From an uncultured Candidatus Saccharibacteria bacterium (GTDB lineage: Bacteria > Patescibacteriota > Minisyncoccia > Phycocordibacterales > CAIZIN01): a stretch of 64,000 nucleotides of DNA. Positions within the stretch are counted from its first letter, which is position 1, and each line of letters begins with the position of its first letter. Made by a program: the position numbers and the translations under genes. Of this stretch, positions 9,408 through 18,547 are shown one piece after another. The stretch spans positions 6,560 to 70,559 of the forward strand of contig CAYWWA010000002.1 in NCBI GenBank assembly GCA_964462115.1, read 5' to 3'. Under the pieces are notes generated by a model, which did not search any database, was not told where the DNA came from, and worked only from the letters and a program-made list of their open reading frames with translations.

Positions 9408-10304
9408 ATGAGAAAAGAAAAGGTAGTAAAGAAAAAAATATTAGTCCACGATGGCAGCTTTCACTGTGATGATGTCTGTGCGGTAGCCGTTTTATCGTTA
9501 TTATTCAATGGTCAGATTGAAATTATTCGTAGTCGAGAAGCAGCCAAAATTGCTACGGCAGATTATGTTTTAGACGTAGGGGGAAAATATGACGGTTTAC
9601 ATTTGTTCGACCATCATCAGGAGTCAATTTTGCGAGATAATGGTGTGCCGTTTGCAGCGTTTGGCTTGGTCTGGCGTAGTTTTGGCGAAGTGCTCTGTGG
9701 TGGTTCAGATCGAGTAGCTAAAATTATTGATCAAGAGCTAGTTCAACCTTGTGATGCTAATGATAATGGTTATAGTTTTTTTACTGCTTGCGACACTTTG
9801 TCACCCTTTGCTTTACCAGACTTAATTCATATTTTTAATAATACTTGGAAGGAAAAAGATCGAAAAGCAGATCAGGTTTTTGCTGATTTAGTAGAGTTTG
9901 CTAAGGGAGTAATTGCTCGTAAAATTGTTCGCACCATTGCTCAAATAGACGCTGAGGTAAAAATTAAAAAAATTTATAACGAAAGTAACGATAAGAAAAT
10001 TTTGGTTTTTGATGATAGTTATCCAGCTCGTGATCTTTTATTTTCAGATTTACTTGATGTAATTTTTACCGTAACTCCAGGTAATGATGACAAGTGGCGG
10101 GTGGAGGGTGTGCGCCAACAACCCAACTCTTATAAGTTGAGGAAAAGTCTACCTAAGAAATGGGCTGGCTTACGTGATGAAGAGTTGCAGGCGGTTTCAG
10201 GAGTATCCGACGCAGTTTTTTGTCATCGCAATTTATTTATGGCTGCTGCTAAAAGCCGAGAGGGGGCAATTCTCTTAGCACAGAAAGCTCTGGGCAAAAG
10301 ATAG
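9408..10304 (+). CDS. MYG1/UPF0160-family metal-dependent hydrolase
   Basis: N-terminal ILVHDGSFHCDDVCAVAVLSLL matches the UPF0160 signature. Confidence 0.7.
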   Translation: MRKEKVVKKKILVHDGSFHCDDVCAVAVLSLLFNGQIEIIRSREAAKIATADYVLDVGGKYDGLHLFDHHQESILRDNGVPFAAFGLVWRSFGEVLCGGSDRVAKIIDQELVQPCDANDNGYSFFTACDTLSPFALPDLIHIFNNTWKEKDRKADQVFADLVEFAKGVIARKIVRTIAQIDAEVKIKKIYNESNDKKILVFDDSYPARDLLFSDLLDVIFTVTPGNDDKWRVEGVRQQPNSYKLRKSLPKKWAGLRDEELQAVSGVSDAVFCHRNLFMAAAKSREGAILLAQKALGKR

Positions 10305-10308
10305 TCTT

Positions 10309-11142
10309 ATGCTTGAAAAAATATATCAAACTGTGGTGATTAATCTTGATAAGGATACTGATCGGATTTTGTTTATGCGACAGCAGTTTGAGCAGCAGGG
10401 GATTAGTTTTGAACGAATTAAAGGGGTGGACGGTCGTCATTATCTACAACTAAACCCACCCGGCACTGTGGGGGCAGAATATGATGAGAGTAAAGCTATT
10501 TTAAAATCTAGATTTGGCACAGCTTTAAGACCTGGAGTTTTGGGTTGTGCACTGGCTCATCAGCAGGCCTATCGGGAGTTTTTAACTAATCCCAGATATC
10601 AGAATGTAAAATTTTTAGTTATCTTTGAAGATGACGTGGTAATAAAAAATAATTTTAAGACAATTTTAGAAGCAGAAATTCAAAAAAATCTTAATCGCGC
10701 CGAAACAAAGCGGTGGAACTGTTTACAGTTTGATTATCCCCAATATAATTTTAATCTTTTTAGTCATTATAGGATGCAATTTAATCTTTTTAAAAAATTT
10801 TCTAAAAATAAATTTAGACGTTTACCTTATTTATTTTTTGCTCCTATTGCAATTTTATTGGAGCAATTACGTGGTTTACTTTTAGGAAAATTTTTTGCTG
10901 GTTCCTATCCTGTTTTTATGAGGGTGCCATCTAACTTAGGTTGCTACGTAATAGATAAAAAATTAGCTAAAAAATTGATAGAAGAAAATAGTCCCATCAT
11001 TAATCTGGCTGATGTCAATACCGATGTGGTTTATCAAAAATACAAAAAAACCACCACACCACTCATCTTTTTTCAATATTTTCCCAGAATTTCATATCAA
11101 GATCATCATCAGTTTTTGTCTTCTTCTAGTCAAATAGGCTAA
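10309..11142 (+). CDS. Glycosyltransferase family 25 (LPS/LOS-type)
   Basis: N-terminus VVINLDKDTDRILFMRQQFEQQGISFERIKGVDG is GT25-like; 4-nt gap from upstream gene. Confidence 0.6.
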   Translation: MLEKIYQTVVINLDKDTDRILFMRQQFEQQGISFERIKGVDGRHYLQLNPPGTVGAEYDESKAILKSRFGTALRPGVLGCALAHQQAYREFLTNPRYQNVKFLVIFEDDVVIKNNFKTILEAEIQKNLNRAETKRWNCLQFDYPQYNFNLFSHYRMQFNLFKKFSKNKFRRLPYLFFAPIAILLEQLRGLLLGKFFAGSYPVFMRVPSNLGCYVIDKKLAKKLIEENSPIINLADVNTDVVYQKYKKTTTPLIFFQYFPRISYQDHHQFLSSSSQIG

Positions 11143-11224
11143 ATGGGGTATTAAAAGTTTACAAAAATAAAACGCGTTAGAAATTAGATTTACGCGTTCA
11201 TTCATATAAATGACCCTATCTTTT

Positions 11225-11262
11225 AATTATAGCATATTTTACTTTTTTTGTCAAGTTTATAT
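11225..11262 (-). promoter_or_regulatory. Consensus sigma70 promoter (TTGACA-N17-TGcTATAAT) on minus strand, antisense to the GT25 3' end
   Basis: Reverse complement reads cTTGACAaaaaaagtaaaataTGCTATAATtaaaagataggg; the 23-nt block tatgctataattaaaagataggg is identical to the rplJ promoter at 17361-17383. Confidence 0.5.
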
Positions 11263-11274
11263 TTATATTTTTCC

Positions 11275-11300
11275 AAGCAAAAACCACTTGTGGTGGTTAT
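11275..11300 (-). terminator. Terminator downstream of tRNA-Ala
   Basis: aaccac/gtggtt hairpin followed by T-run on minus strand. Confidence 0.45.
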
Positions 11301-11313
11301 TTTCTTAGTTTTG

Positions 11314-11386
11314 TGGACCTTAGCGGATTCGAACCGCTGACCTCCTCATTGCAAATGAGGCGCTCTACCAACTAAGCTAAAGGCCC
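11314..11386 (-). tRNA. tRNA-Ala (anticodon TGC)
   Basis: Reverse complement GGGCCTTTAGCTTAGTTGGTAGAGCGCCTCATTTGCAATGAGG...GGTTCGAATCC; G3:U70 and A73 are Ala identity elements. Confidence 0.85.
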
Positions 11387-11433
11387 AACTTCTAGAGTAT
11401 AACACAAACTCGTTTTTTTGACAAACTAAAAGA

Positions 11434-12756
11434 CTAATTTTTGAGCGGTTGAATTATGGCCTGCCAAATAATTTTTCTCTGGTCTTTCATGGCTGGTAAA
11501 GCCAACAAAACCATCACTGGTAAGATACTGCAAATAATTCTGGTATAAGCCGCACCAATTACCCCAAAGTAATTTACTAAAACAACATTGATAATTACAC
11601 TACTTATTGCTCCCACCATACTATAGAGCATCATCAATTTAAATTGATTTTGTGATAATAGGTGTTGATATAAAATCAATCCAATATAGCTAAAAATAAT
11701 GGACCAAACTACTGTTTGTAAGAGTGAAATTGAAGCTAAATAAGCTTCACCGTAAAGTATGGTAATAGCTGGAGTAGCTGTTAGATAAGTGAAAAATGCT
11801 ATTAGTAAACTCAAATAAAACAAGAGAGAATAATATTTTTTAAGTCGTGATAAAAAAACTTGGTAATTATTACGGGACGAATTCAAGACTGCAGGCAAGA
11901 GGGCGGTAGAAATTGTGCCCAAAATTATTCCCCAGCCGTTACTTAGGGTAGTAGCAACAGTGTAAAATCCGACGTTTTCGGTGGTGGTGAAAGTTTTTAA
12001 AATTAGTTTATCAATTTCTCCACCGACGGTGCCAGTAAAAGCAGCGATGGAAAACGGAATTGAGTTCCAGCATAAAAATTTTACAATATCCTTATTGACT
12101 CTCCATGATAAAATATTATGATAGTGTCTTTGATAAAGAATAATATATCTAATGCTTGTCATCAGACTAAACAAGGCAAAGCTGGCAATGATAAAAGCAA
12201 TATCCAACCCCAATAAGACAATAACAATTCTAGCTAAGGCAAAAATAATTTCCCAAATAGCGTTCATAATAGCCACCGGTTTATTTTTGGCATCAGCTTG
12301 AAACTGCTGGTCAATAAAACTAAATACTCCCCAGATATTTCCAGAGGTGTATAAAATAATTAAGAAAAGCGTAAAGTTGCTCTTGGCCGAAATCAATGAA
12401 GCTAATAATACAATTAAAAAAGCGATTAGATTATTTACTATCTTAATCACTAAAGCTGAACCTAAAATTTCATTTCTTTTTTCTGGTTCAGCATTTAATT
12501 TTTTAACTAATAGTGAATTGGTGACAAAAAGGGAAATATTGAAGACTGCCACAAAACTTAAAATTGTGCTAAATAGACCATAACCTTCTGGGGTTAAGTA
12601 GCGAGCAATTGAGATAGAGGCAATTAGGCTGACGATGGTAGAGCAGAGTTTACAAATAAACATCCAAGAAATATTGGATAAATATTTACGAAAACCGTGA
12701 TGATTATGATATTGATCATAATATTTTTGCCAGATCTGTGTCATCCAAGCCATCAT
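11434..12756 (-). CDS. Wzx-like oligosaccharide flippase / polysaccharide biosynthesis protein (MOP superfamily)
   Basis: 440-aa polytopic membrane protein with a MOP-flippase-like N-terminus. Confidence 0.6.
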   Translation of the reverse strand: MMAWMTQIWQKYYDQYHNHHGFRKYLSNISWMFICKLCSTIVSLIASISIARYLTPEGYGLFSTILSFVAVFNISLFVTNSLLVKKLNAEPEKRNEILGSALVIKIVNNLIAFLIVLLASLISAKSNFTLFLIILYTSGNIWGVFSFIDQQFQADAKNKPVAIMNAIWEIIFALARIVIVLLGLDIAFIIASFALFSLMTSIRYIILYQRHYHNILSWRVNKDIVKFLCWNSIPFSIAAFTGTVGGEIDKLILKTFTTTENVGFYTVATTLSNGWGIILGTISTALLPAVLNSSRNNYQVFLSRLKKYYSLLFYLSLLIAFFTYLTATPAITILYGEAYLASISLLQTVVWSIIFSYIGLILYQHLLSQNQFKLMMLYSMVGAISSVIINVVLVNYFGVIGAAYTRIICSILPVMVLLALPAMKDQRKIIWQAIIQPLKN

Positions 12757-12762
12757 TTGTTT

Positions 12763-12771
12763 AGTATAACA
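12763..12771 (-). promoter_or_regulatory. Extended -10 TGTTATACT 6 nt upstream of the flippase ATG
   Basis: Reverse complement gives tTGtTATACTaaacaaATG. Confidence 0.4.
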
Positions 12772-12827
12772 AAAAATGCATTTTATGATAAAATATTGAT
12801 AATTTATTTCTTAACTTAAAAAAAGTT

Positions 12828-13253
12828 ATGTCATTATGGATTTGGTGGTTGATAATAATTATCATATTAGTGCTGGTGGAGGTAAGCACAGTCAATTTGG
12901 TTTCTATCTGGTTTGTGATTAGTGGAATTATTTCTTTGCTGTTAAGTTTAATTCCTAGCTTGGCAGATAATTATTTGTTGCAAACTGGCATTTTTGTCAT
13001 CGGTGGAGTTTTCTTTATGTTCCTTACCAAAGATTTTGTCCGAGGAATTAAAATGAATAAAAAGATTCCTACCAACTATGATCGCTTGTTTAATTTAGAG
13101 GGTGAGGTCTTAAATGATTTTGTGGGTAAAAAAGGTGAAGTAAAAATTGATGGAAAAATCTGGTCAGCACATTCTGAACAGGAAATTAAAAAAGGTGATA
13201 TAATAAAAGTGTTAGCGGTGGAAAGCACCAAATTAAAAGTAATTAAAAAATAA
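12828..13253 (+). CDS. NfeD-like membrane protein (short form; TM helices plus C-terminal OB-fold)
   Basis: Hydrophobic N-terminus, C-terminal beta-rich GEVKIDGKIWSAHSEQEIKKGDIIKVLAV; directly upstream of the SPFH gene. Confidence 0.65.
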   Translation: MSLWIWWLIIIIILVLVEVSTVNLVSIWFVISGIISLLLSLIPSLADNYLLQTGIFVIGGVFFMFLTKDFVRGIKMNKKIPTNYDRLFNLEGEVLNDFVGKKGEVKIDGKIWSAHSEQEIKKGDIIKVLAVESTKLKVIKK

Positions 13254-13256
13254 AAC

Positions 13257-14138
13257 ATGGAACTATTTTTTGTCATATTTATTATTGCGGTTATCTTTAT
13301 TGTTCTCGGAGTTAAGGTTGTGCCTCAATCAGAAAGTTATGTCTTGGAGCGTTTGGGAAGTTATTATGTGACTTGGAGTAATGGTCTACATTTTATGATT
13401 CCTTTGATAGATAAAATTTCTAATAAAATTACTCTAAAAGAGCGTTTGGGTGATTTTCCACCACAGCCAGTAATTACCAAGGATAACGTAACCATGCAAA
13501 TTGATACGGTGGTTTATTTCCAAGTGATTGATCCTAAACTTTATACCTACGGAATTCAAAATCCAATTTCTGCCATCGAAAACTTAACCGCAACAACTTT
13601 ACGTAACATTATTGGAGAGTTGGAACTGGACGAGACTTTGACTTCTCGTGATACTATTAACACTCAGATGCGAGCAATTCTAGATGACGCTACTGATGCT
13701 TGGGGAATCAAAATTAATCGAGTAGAATTAAAAAATATTTTACCTCCTGCTGCGATTCGTGAAGCGATGGAAAAACAAATGCGAGCCGAACGAGAACGAC
13801 GAGAGAAAATTTTACAAGCCGAGGGAGAAAAGAAAAGTCAAATTTTAATCGCTGAAGGTGAAAAGGAAAGTGCAATTTTGCGAGCAGAAGGGGTTAAACA
13901 ATCAAGAATTAAAGAGGCAGAAGGTGAAGCGCAGGCCATTGTGTCTTTGAATCAAGCGGAAGCCAAAGCAATTAATTTAATTAACGAGGCTGATGCTGGT
14001 AAGGCTTTTCTAACTTTGAAAGGATTTGAAGCTTTAGAGAAAGTCGCCAACGGTACAGCTACTAAGATAATTGTGCCAAGCAACCTACAAGATATCACTT
14101 CTTGGACTTCGTTGGTGGGAGATGTGCTAAAAAAATAA
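13257..14138 (+). CDS. SPFH/band-7 (stomatin/prohibitin-like) protein
   Basis: SPFH core plus coiled-coil EA-repeat tail. Confidence 0.8.
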   Translation: MELFFVIFIIAVIFIVLGVKVVPQSESYVLERLGSYYVTWSNGLHFMIPLIDKISNKITLKERLGDFPPQPVITKDNVTMQIDTVVYFQVIDPKLYTYGIQNPISAIENLTATTLRNIIGELELDETLTSRDTINTQMRAILDDATDAWGIKINRVELKNILPPAAIREAMEKQMRAERERREKILQAEGEKKSQILIAEGEKESAILRAEGVKQSRIKEAEGEAQAIVSLNQAEAKAINLINEADAGKAFLTLKGFEALEKVANGTATKIIVPSNLQDITSWTSLVGDVLKK

Positions 14139-14154
14139 AAGACTGGTAGAAAAT

Positions 14155-14191
14155 AAGGCGGAAATCGCAAAGCGATTTCTGCCTTATTTTT
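14155..14191 (+). terminator. Intrinsic terminator after the SPFH gene
   Basis: 14-bp stem aaggcggaaatcgc/gcgatttctgcctt followed by a T-run. Confidence 0.6.
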
Positions 14192-14212
14192 ATGGATTTT
14201 TTCTCAAAAATA

Positions 14213-14221
14213 TGCTATAAT
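14213..14221 (+). promoter_or_regulatory. Extended -10 TGCTATAAT 6 nt upstream of ATG 14228
   Basis: atatgctataatatatagATG. Confidence 0.5.
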
Positions 14222-14227
14222 ATATAG

Positions 14228-14791
14228 ATGGATAGAATTAGAAATTTTTCAATTATCGCTCATATTGATCATGGAAAATCAACTTTGGCTGATAGAATGT
14301 TGGAAATTACCCATACTGTAGAAGCGCGCAAAATGCACGATCGGGTTTTAGATGACATGGAGTTAGAACAAGAGCGAGGAATCACTATTAAAATGCGACC
14401 GGTGCGAATGGAGTTTCTGAGTAAACGTGATCAACAAAAATATATTCTTAATTTGATTGATACTCCCGGACACATAGATTTTTATTATGAAGTATCGCGC
14501 GCGCTCAAGGCGGTGGAGGGAAGTGTGCTTTTAGTAGATGCAACTCAGGGGGTTCAAGCTCAAACTTTAACCACCTTACAAATGGCTCGTGATGGTGGTC
14601 TAACTATTATCCCTGTGATCACCAAAATCGATTCTCCGATTGCCAACGTGGAAGAAACTAAATTAGAAATTATGCAGTTGCTTAATTGTGAAGAGAAAGA
14701 AATTATTGCCGTCTCCGGTAAAACTGGTGAAAATGTAGAATTTTTATTGGAGGAAATCTGCACCCGAGTCCCAGCTCCCAAAAAAATTTAA
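14228..14791 (+). CDS. LepA/EF4-like translational GTPase, G-domain only (187 aa)
   Basis: IRNFSIIAHIDHGKSTLADRMLE (G1), DTPGH (G3), TKID (G4); ends where LepA domain II would begin; stop overlaps next start (TAATG). Confidence 0.7.
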   Translation: MDRIRNFSIIAHIDHGKSTLADRMLEITHTVEARKMHDRVLDDMELEQERGITIKMRPVRMEFLSKRDQQKYILNLIDTPGHIDFYYEVSRALKAVEGSVLLVDATQGVQAQTLTTLQMARDGGLTIIPVITKIDSPIANVEETKLEIMQLLNCEEKEIIAVSGKTGENVEFLLEEICTRVPAPKKI

Positions 14792-16332
14792 TGAAAAGTA
14801 TTGTCGCTAAAAAAATAAAATATAGCTTGTGGAACGAAATTGTAGGAGAAAAAGAAATTTTGAAAGAGGTAAGTTTTAAGTGCGATCAAAACGAACGGCT
14901 TTGTATTTTTGGTGAAAATGGCGCTGGTAAATCTACTTTGTTGAAAATTTTAGACGCAAGGATTGGCGATGGCGAGTCTGAAATTTTAAGTGGCAGCATT
15001 GAAAAAACTGGTCATGTGCGGACTTTTTACGTGGGCCAAGAATTTGATCAAAATTTTTTACAAAAAAATATTGGAGCATACGTGGAGGTGCTGGCAGGTA
15101 AAAGTTTATATAAAAAAGTTTTTGATTATGGGCGATTGTTGGGTTTTGATTTAGAAAAAAATTCGGAAAAACTTTGCAGCGAGCTTTCAGGTGGACAACA
15201 AAAGATTTTAGTGCTATCAGTGGCGTTTGCGATTTGTCCAGATTTCTTATTTTTAGATGAACCAGAAAACCATTTAGACATTGTCTCCAGAACTGAGTTA
15301 ATGGGAATGATGGCGGATTTTTCGGGAGGAATCATTTTTGTTTCGCATGATCGACTTTTGATTGATTCGGTTGTGACAAAAATTGGAGAGTTAGTTGGTG
15401 GTGTCATGTATATATCGGAAGGTAATTATGATGACTATATTGCCAAGAAAACCGAACGACTAGAAACAGCTCAAGATTCGTATGATAAAATCTCCAAAAG
15501 AATTAAAACTTTACAAGCGATGTTGGTGATTTTAAAAAAGAAAGCTATACGGAGTAATGGACAATCAGCTTATCACCGTGCTCTAAATGAATTGGAGGAG
15601 TTACGTAGAGAGCATGGTCAAGTAGAACGGCCAAGAGATAAAAAAACTAAAATTAATTTATCCTTAGATAATAATAATTTTCATCACGGTCGCCGTCTGT
15701 GGCAGATGAAAAACGGTGGTTTTAAATTTGAAAATATGAAGCATCGGATTTTTGGTGAGACAGATTTAGAAATTCGCTCTGGTGACAGAATTGTCCTCCT
15801 TGGCAGGAACGGAAAAGGGAAAACTACTTTCTTGAGGTGTTTAACTGGTGAAACTCAAATGCTAAGTGGTGAATCTATTTGGGCAGATAAGACTGCTTGG
15901 TCATATTTTGACCAGCACTGTGCCTTTGCTGCTGATCAAACCCCAATCAAAATTGTGCAAGAGAAATTGGCTTGCGGTGAAACAGACGCTAAAGCGGCGC
16001 TGGGTATGATGAAGTTTGATGACAAAAAAATGATTACTAAGGTTGGCCAACTGTCGGGTGGTGAACGAATGCGAATTCGGTTTGCGTTAGCTTTTGGTAA
16101 GAAACCAGATTTAATCATTTTAGACGAACCGACCAACCATATTGACGAAATCACTTGGGAGATTTTAGTAGCCGCTTTAGATGAAACCAAGAGCGCTGTT
16201 TTGTTAGTGACTCATGATTATGAGTTTATTGAAGAGTTTGAACCAAGCAAGTATTGGACTTTTTCTACTGACAACAAAGTGCTAGAGCGACATAAAACTT
16301 TAGATGAGCTTTTAGATGAAATGAGGGGTTAA
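14791..16332 (+). CDS. ABC-F family ATPase (two NBDs, no TMD)
   Basis: GENGAGKST / LSGGQQKILVLSVAF / FLFLDEPENHLD and GRNGKGKTT / LSGGERMRIRFALAF / LIILDEPTNHID with an inter-domain linker. Confidence 0.8.
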   Translation: MKSIVAKKIKYSLWNEIVGEKEILKEVSFKCDQNERLCIFGENGAGKSTLLKILDARIGDGESEILSGSIEKTGHVRTFYVGQEFDQNFLQKNIGAYVEVLAGKSLYKKVFDYGRLLGFDLEKNSEKLCSELSGGQQKILVLSVAFAICPDFLFLDEPENHLDIVSRTELMGMMADFSGGIIFVSHDRLLIDSVVTKIGELVGGVMYISEGNYDDYIAKKTERLETAQDSYDKISKRIKTLQAMLVILKKKAIRSNGQSAYHRALNELEELRREHGQVERPRDKKTKINLSLDNNNFHHGRRLWQMKNGGFKFENMKHRIFGETDLEIRSGDRIVLLGRNGKGKTTFLRCLTGETQMLSGESIWADKTAWSYFDQHCAFAADQTPIKIVQEKLACGETDAKAALGMMKFDDKKMITKVGQLSGGERMRIRFALAFGKKPDLIILDEPTNHIDEITWEILVAALDETKSAVLLVTHDYEFIEEFEPSKYWTFSTDNKVLERHKTLDELLDEMRG

Positions 16333-16357
16333 AAAATTTAGCTAAAATCTTAAAATA

Positions 16358-16366
16358 AGTTATAAT
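16358..16366 (+). promoter_or_regulatory. -10 TATAAT 6 nt upstream of the dedA ATG
   Basis: aagTTATAATtgaccgATG. Confidence 0.35.
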
Positions 16367-16372
16367 TGACCG

Positions 16373-16999
16373 ATGTCTTGGTTGAATGAATTAATGACTT
16401 ATTTAGATCCAGAATTTTTGATCACTACTTTCGGTGCAATTGGGTTATGGTTAATTGTCTTTGCTGAAAGTGGGTTATTTTTTGGATTCTTCTTACCAGG
16501 AGACTCCTTACTTTTTGCAGCCGGTATTCTATCTCATTTTTTTTCAATTCCATTTTGGATATTGGTAATCTTGTTGTGTGTGGCGGCTATTTTAGGTGAC
16601 ACTGTTGGTTTTTGGTTTGGCCAAAAGGTTGGTCCCAAAATTTTCTGCAAAGAAGATGGTCTGTTTTTTAAAAAAAAATATGCCGAAGAAGCACAAAAGT
16701 TTTTTGAACATCATGGACACAAAGCTATTTTTTTAGCTCGGTTTATTCCTATAGTGAGAACCTTTACGCCAATCGTGGCTGGAGTGGGGAATATGCCCTA
16801 CCGTATTTTCTTAACTTATAACATTGTTGGTGGAATTGTTTGGACGGTTGGCTTTACTTCAGCTGGATACTTTTTAGGTAATAGTTTTCCTCAAATCAAA
16901 GATAATTTAGAATTAGCGATTGTGATAATAATCTTTGTTTCTATTTTACCAGTAGCTTGGGAATTTTTTAAACATAAAAAGCAGCAAAAAAATCATTGA
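16373..16999 (+). CDS. DedA-family membrane protein
   Basis: FAESGLFFGFFLPGDSLLFAAG motif. Confidence 0.8.
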   Translation: MSWLNELMTYLDPEFLITTFGAIGLWLIVFAESGLFFGFFLPGDSLLFAAGILSHFFSIPFWILVILLCVAAILGDTVGFWFGQKVGPKIFCKEDGLFFKKKYAEEAQKFFEHHGHKAIFLARFIPIVRTFTPIVAGVGNMPYRIFLTYNIVGGIVWTVGFTSAGYFLGNSFPQIKDNLELAIVIIIFVSILPVAWEFFKHKKQQKNH

Positions 17000-17071
17000 T
17001 TTTTTCTATATTTTATGATATAAAATAGTTTGATTGTTTTTTCTTAAATTGCTAAAGAAAGGTAGTAAGTT

Positions 17072-17284
17072 ATGAATCAAAGTATTGATAGTACAGCACA
17101 CGAAAATCTATACGCTTCACTGGGCGATACACCCAGAAACCGCGGGGCGGCGGAACGCCTTCAGCGAACAATCACTGACCCGAATTTGCGCAGAATCATC
17201 CCGATGGATGACTCTAACGCAGCGGCCTATTCAAGTATTTTGAGCGCCGTGGAGGAGCGAAATCGGTCTCTCAATGACTGGTAG
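17072..17284 (+). CDS. Hypothetical small protein (70 aa), GC-rich, SD-led, followed by a strong terminator
   Basis: SD gaaagg upstream; roughly 50% GC versus ~33% background. Confidence 0.45.
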   Translation: MNQSIDSTAHENLYASLGDTPRNRGAAERLQRTITDPNLRRIIPMDDSNAAAYSSILSAVEERNRSLNDW

Positions 17285-17316
17285 CCTCACAAAAGCTGGG
17301 GCTTTAATAAACTTGT

Positions 17317-17341
17317 GCGGGAGACCACTCCCGCTTTTTTT
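17317..17341 (+). terminator. Intrinsic terminator
   Basis: gcggga/tcccgc hairpin followed by a T7 run. Confidence 0.6.
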
Positions 17342-17371
17342 CTTGCATTTTTAAATCAAATATGCTATAAT
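17341..17371 (+). promoter_or_regulatory. rplJ promoter: -35 TTGCAT, 17-nt spacer, TGcTATAAT
   Basis: tcTTGCATttttaaatcaaataTGCTATAAT. Confidence 0.5.
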
Positions 17372-17377
17372 TAAAAG

Positions 17378-17512
17378 ATAGGGCCAAAGAAATGGGGTAG
17401 CTGAAAAGCATAATTATCCTCACGAGGTTCGCAAAAAGTTAAAACTTTTTGCATACTCTGATCAAAGCGGCCTTACAAAAGGTCGCTTATTATTATATCA
17501 AGGCAAAAAAAT
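17378..17512 (+). ncRNA. rplJ 5' leader of about 135 nt; candidate L10(L12)4 autoregulatory leader
   Basis: Long structured-looking leader before rplJ, unlike the leaderless norm; L10 leaders are a known cis-regulatory class. Confidence 0.3.
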
Positions 17513-18010
17513 ATGCCAATCAATAAAAGTAAAAAAACAGAAATTTACAACAAGTTAGTTGATGCAAGCAAAGTTGCTCAATCTTGGACTTTTGTAAAAT
17601 TTAACGGCTTAACCGTAGCAGATTCAACTGCTATGCGAAAAGAGCTACGCGAGAAAAATGTAAAATATTTTGTCGCCAAAAAAGCAATTGCTGCTAAGGC
17701 ACTTGCAGAGGCAAAATTTGAAGGAGCACTTCCAGAACTTCCGGGAGAAATTGCATTTGCTTGGAGTGAGGATGCTTTAGCATCTGCACAGGGGGTAAAT
17801 GAATTTGTAAAGAAATTTGCAGATAGGGTTTCAATCGTAGGTGGAGTGTTTGAAGGGAAATATCAAGACGCTATTGCAATGAACGCAATCGCCAATATTC
17901 CTCCACTTCAGACTTTGCGAGGAATGTTTGTCAATATTATCAATTCACCAATCCAGCGATTTGCTATGGTGTTGAGTGAAGTGGCAAAGAAAAAAGAGAC
18001 AACTGCTTAA
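17513..18010 (+). CDS. rplJ: 50S ribosomal protein L10
   Basis: L10-like sequence throughout, positioned directly before rplL. Confidence 0.85.
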   Translation: MPINKSKKTEIYNKLVDASKVAQSWTFVKFNGLTVADSTAMRKELREKNVKYFVAKKAIAAKALAEAKFEGALPELPGEIAFAWSEDALASAQGVNEFVKKFADRVSIVGGVFEGKYQDAIAMNAIANIPPLQTLRGMFVNIINSPIQRFAMVLSEVAKKKETTA

Positions 18011-18074
18011 TCTTACGAGCTTAGACTTGTAAAAAGTGTTGTAATAATTATTAAAAATTAATTTAAACAAAAAA

Positions 18075-18467
18075 ATGGAAGAAAATAAAGTTGTAGAAGT
18101 TCCTGCAAAATTCAAAACAATTGTAGAAGCAATTGATGGATTGACAGTTTTGGAACTACATGAATTAGTAAAAATCTTTGAAGAAAAATTCGGAGTATCA
18201 GCTGCTGCCGCTGTAGCAGCAGCTCCAGCTGCTGCTGGTGCTGCCGCTGAAGAAAAAACAGAATTCGATGTTAATTTAACTGACGTTGGAGCTGGAAAGG
18301 TTGCAGTTATCAAGGCAATCAAAGAAGCTTTAGGTCTTGGATTAGGTGAAGCAAAGGCTTTAGTTGATGCTGCTCCTGGACCACTTAAGGCCGGTATGAA
18401 AAAAGAAGAAGCTGAAGCTTTGAAAAAAGCAGTTGAAGCTGCTGGTGGAAAAGTAGAATTGAAATAA
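18075..18467 (+). CDS. rplL: 50S ribosomal protein L7/L12
   Basis: Ala-rich hinge, C-terminal [16 protein letters not shown]...[21 protein letters not shown]. Confidence 0.9.
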   Translation: MEENKVVEVPAKFKTIVEAIDGLTVLELHELVKIFEEKFGVSAAAAVAAAPAAAGAAAEEKTEFDVNLTDVGAGKVAVIKAIKEALGLGLGEAKALVDAAPGPLKAGMKKEEAEALKKAVEAAGGKVELK

Positions 18468-18547
18468 GACGTTTTCGCTTCAAATAAAAAAACTACCATG
18501 TAACGTGGTGGTTTTTTGTATTGGTGGTATGATGGGAGCAAATAATT

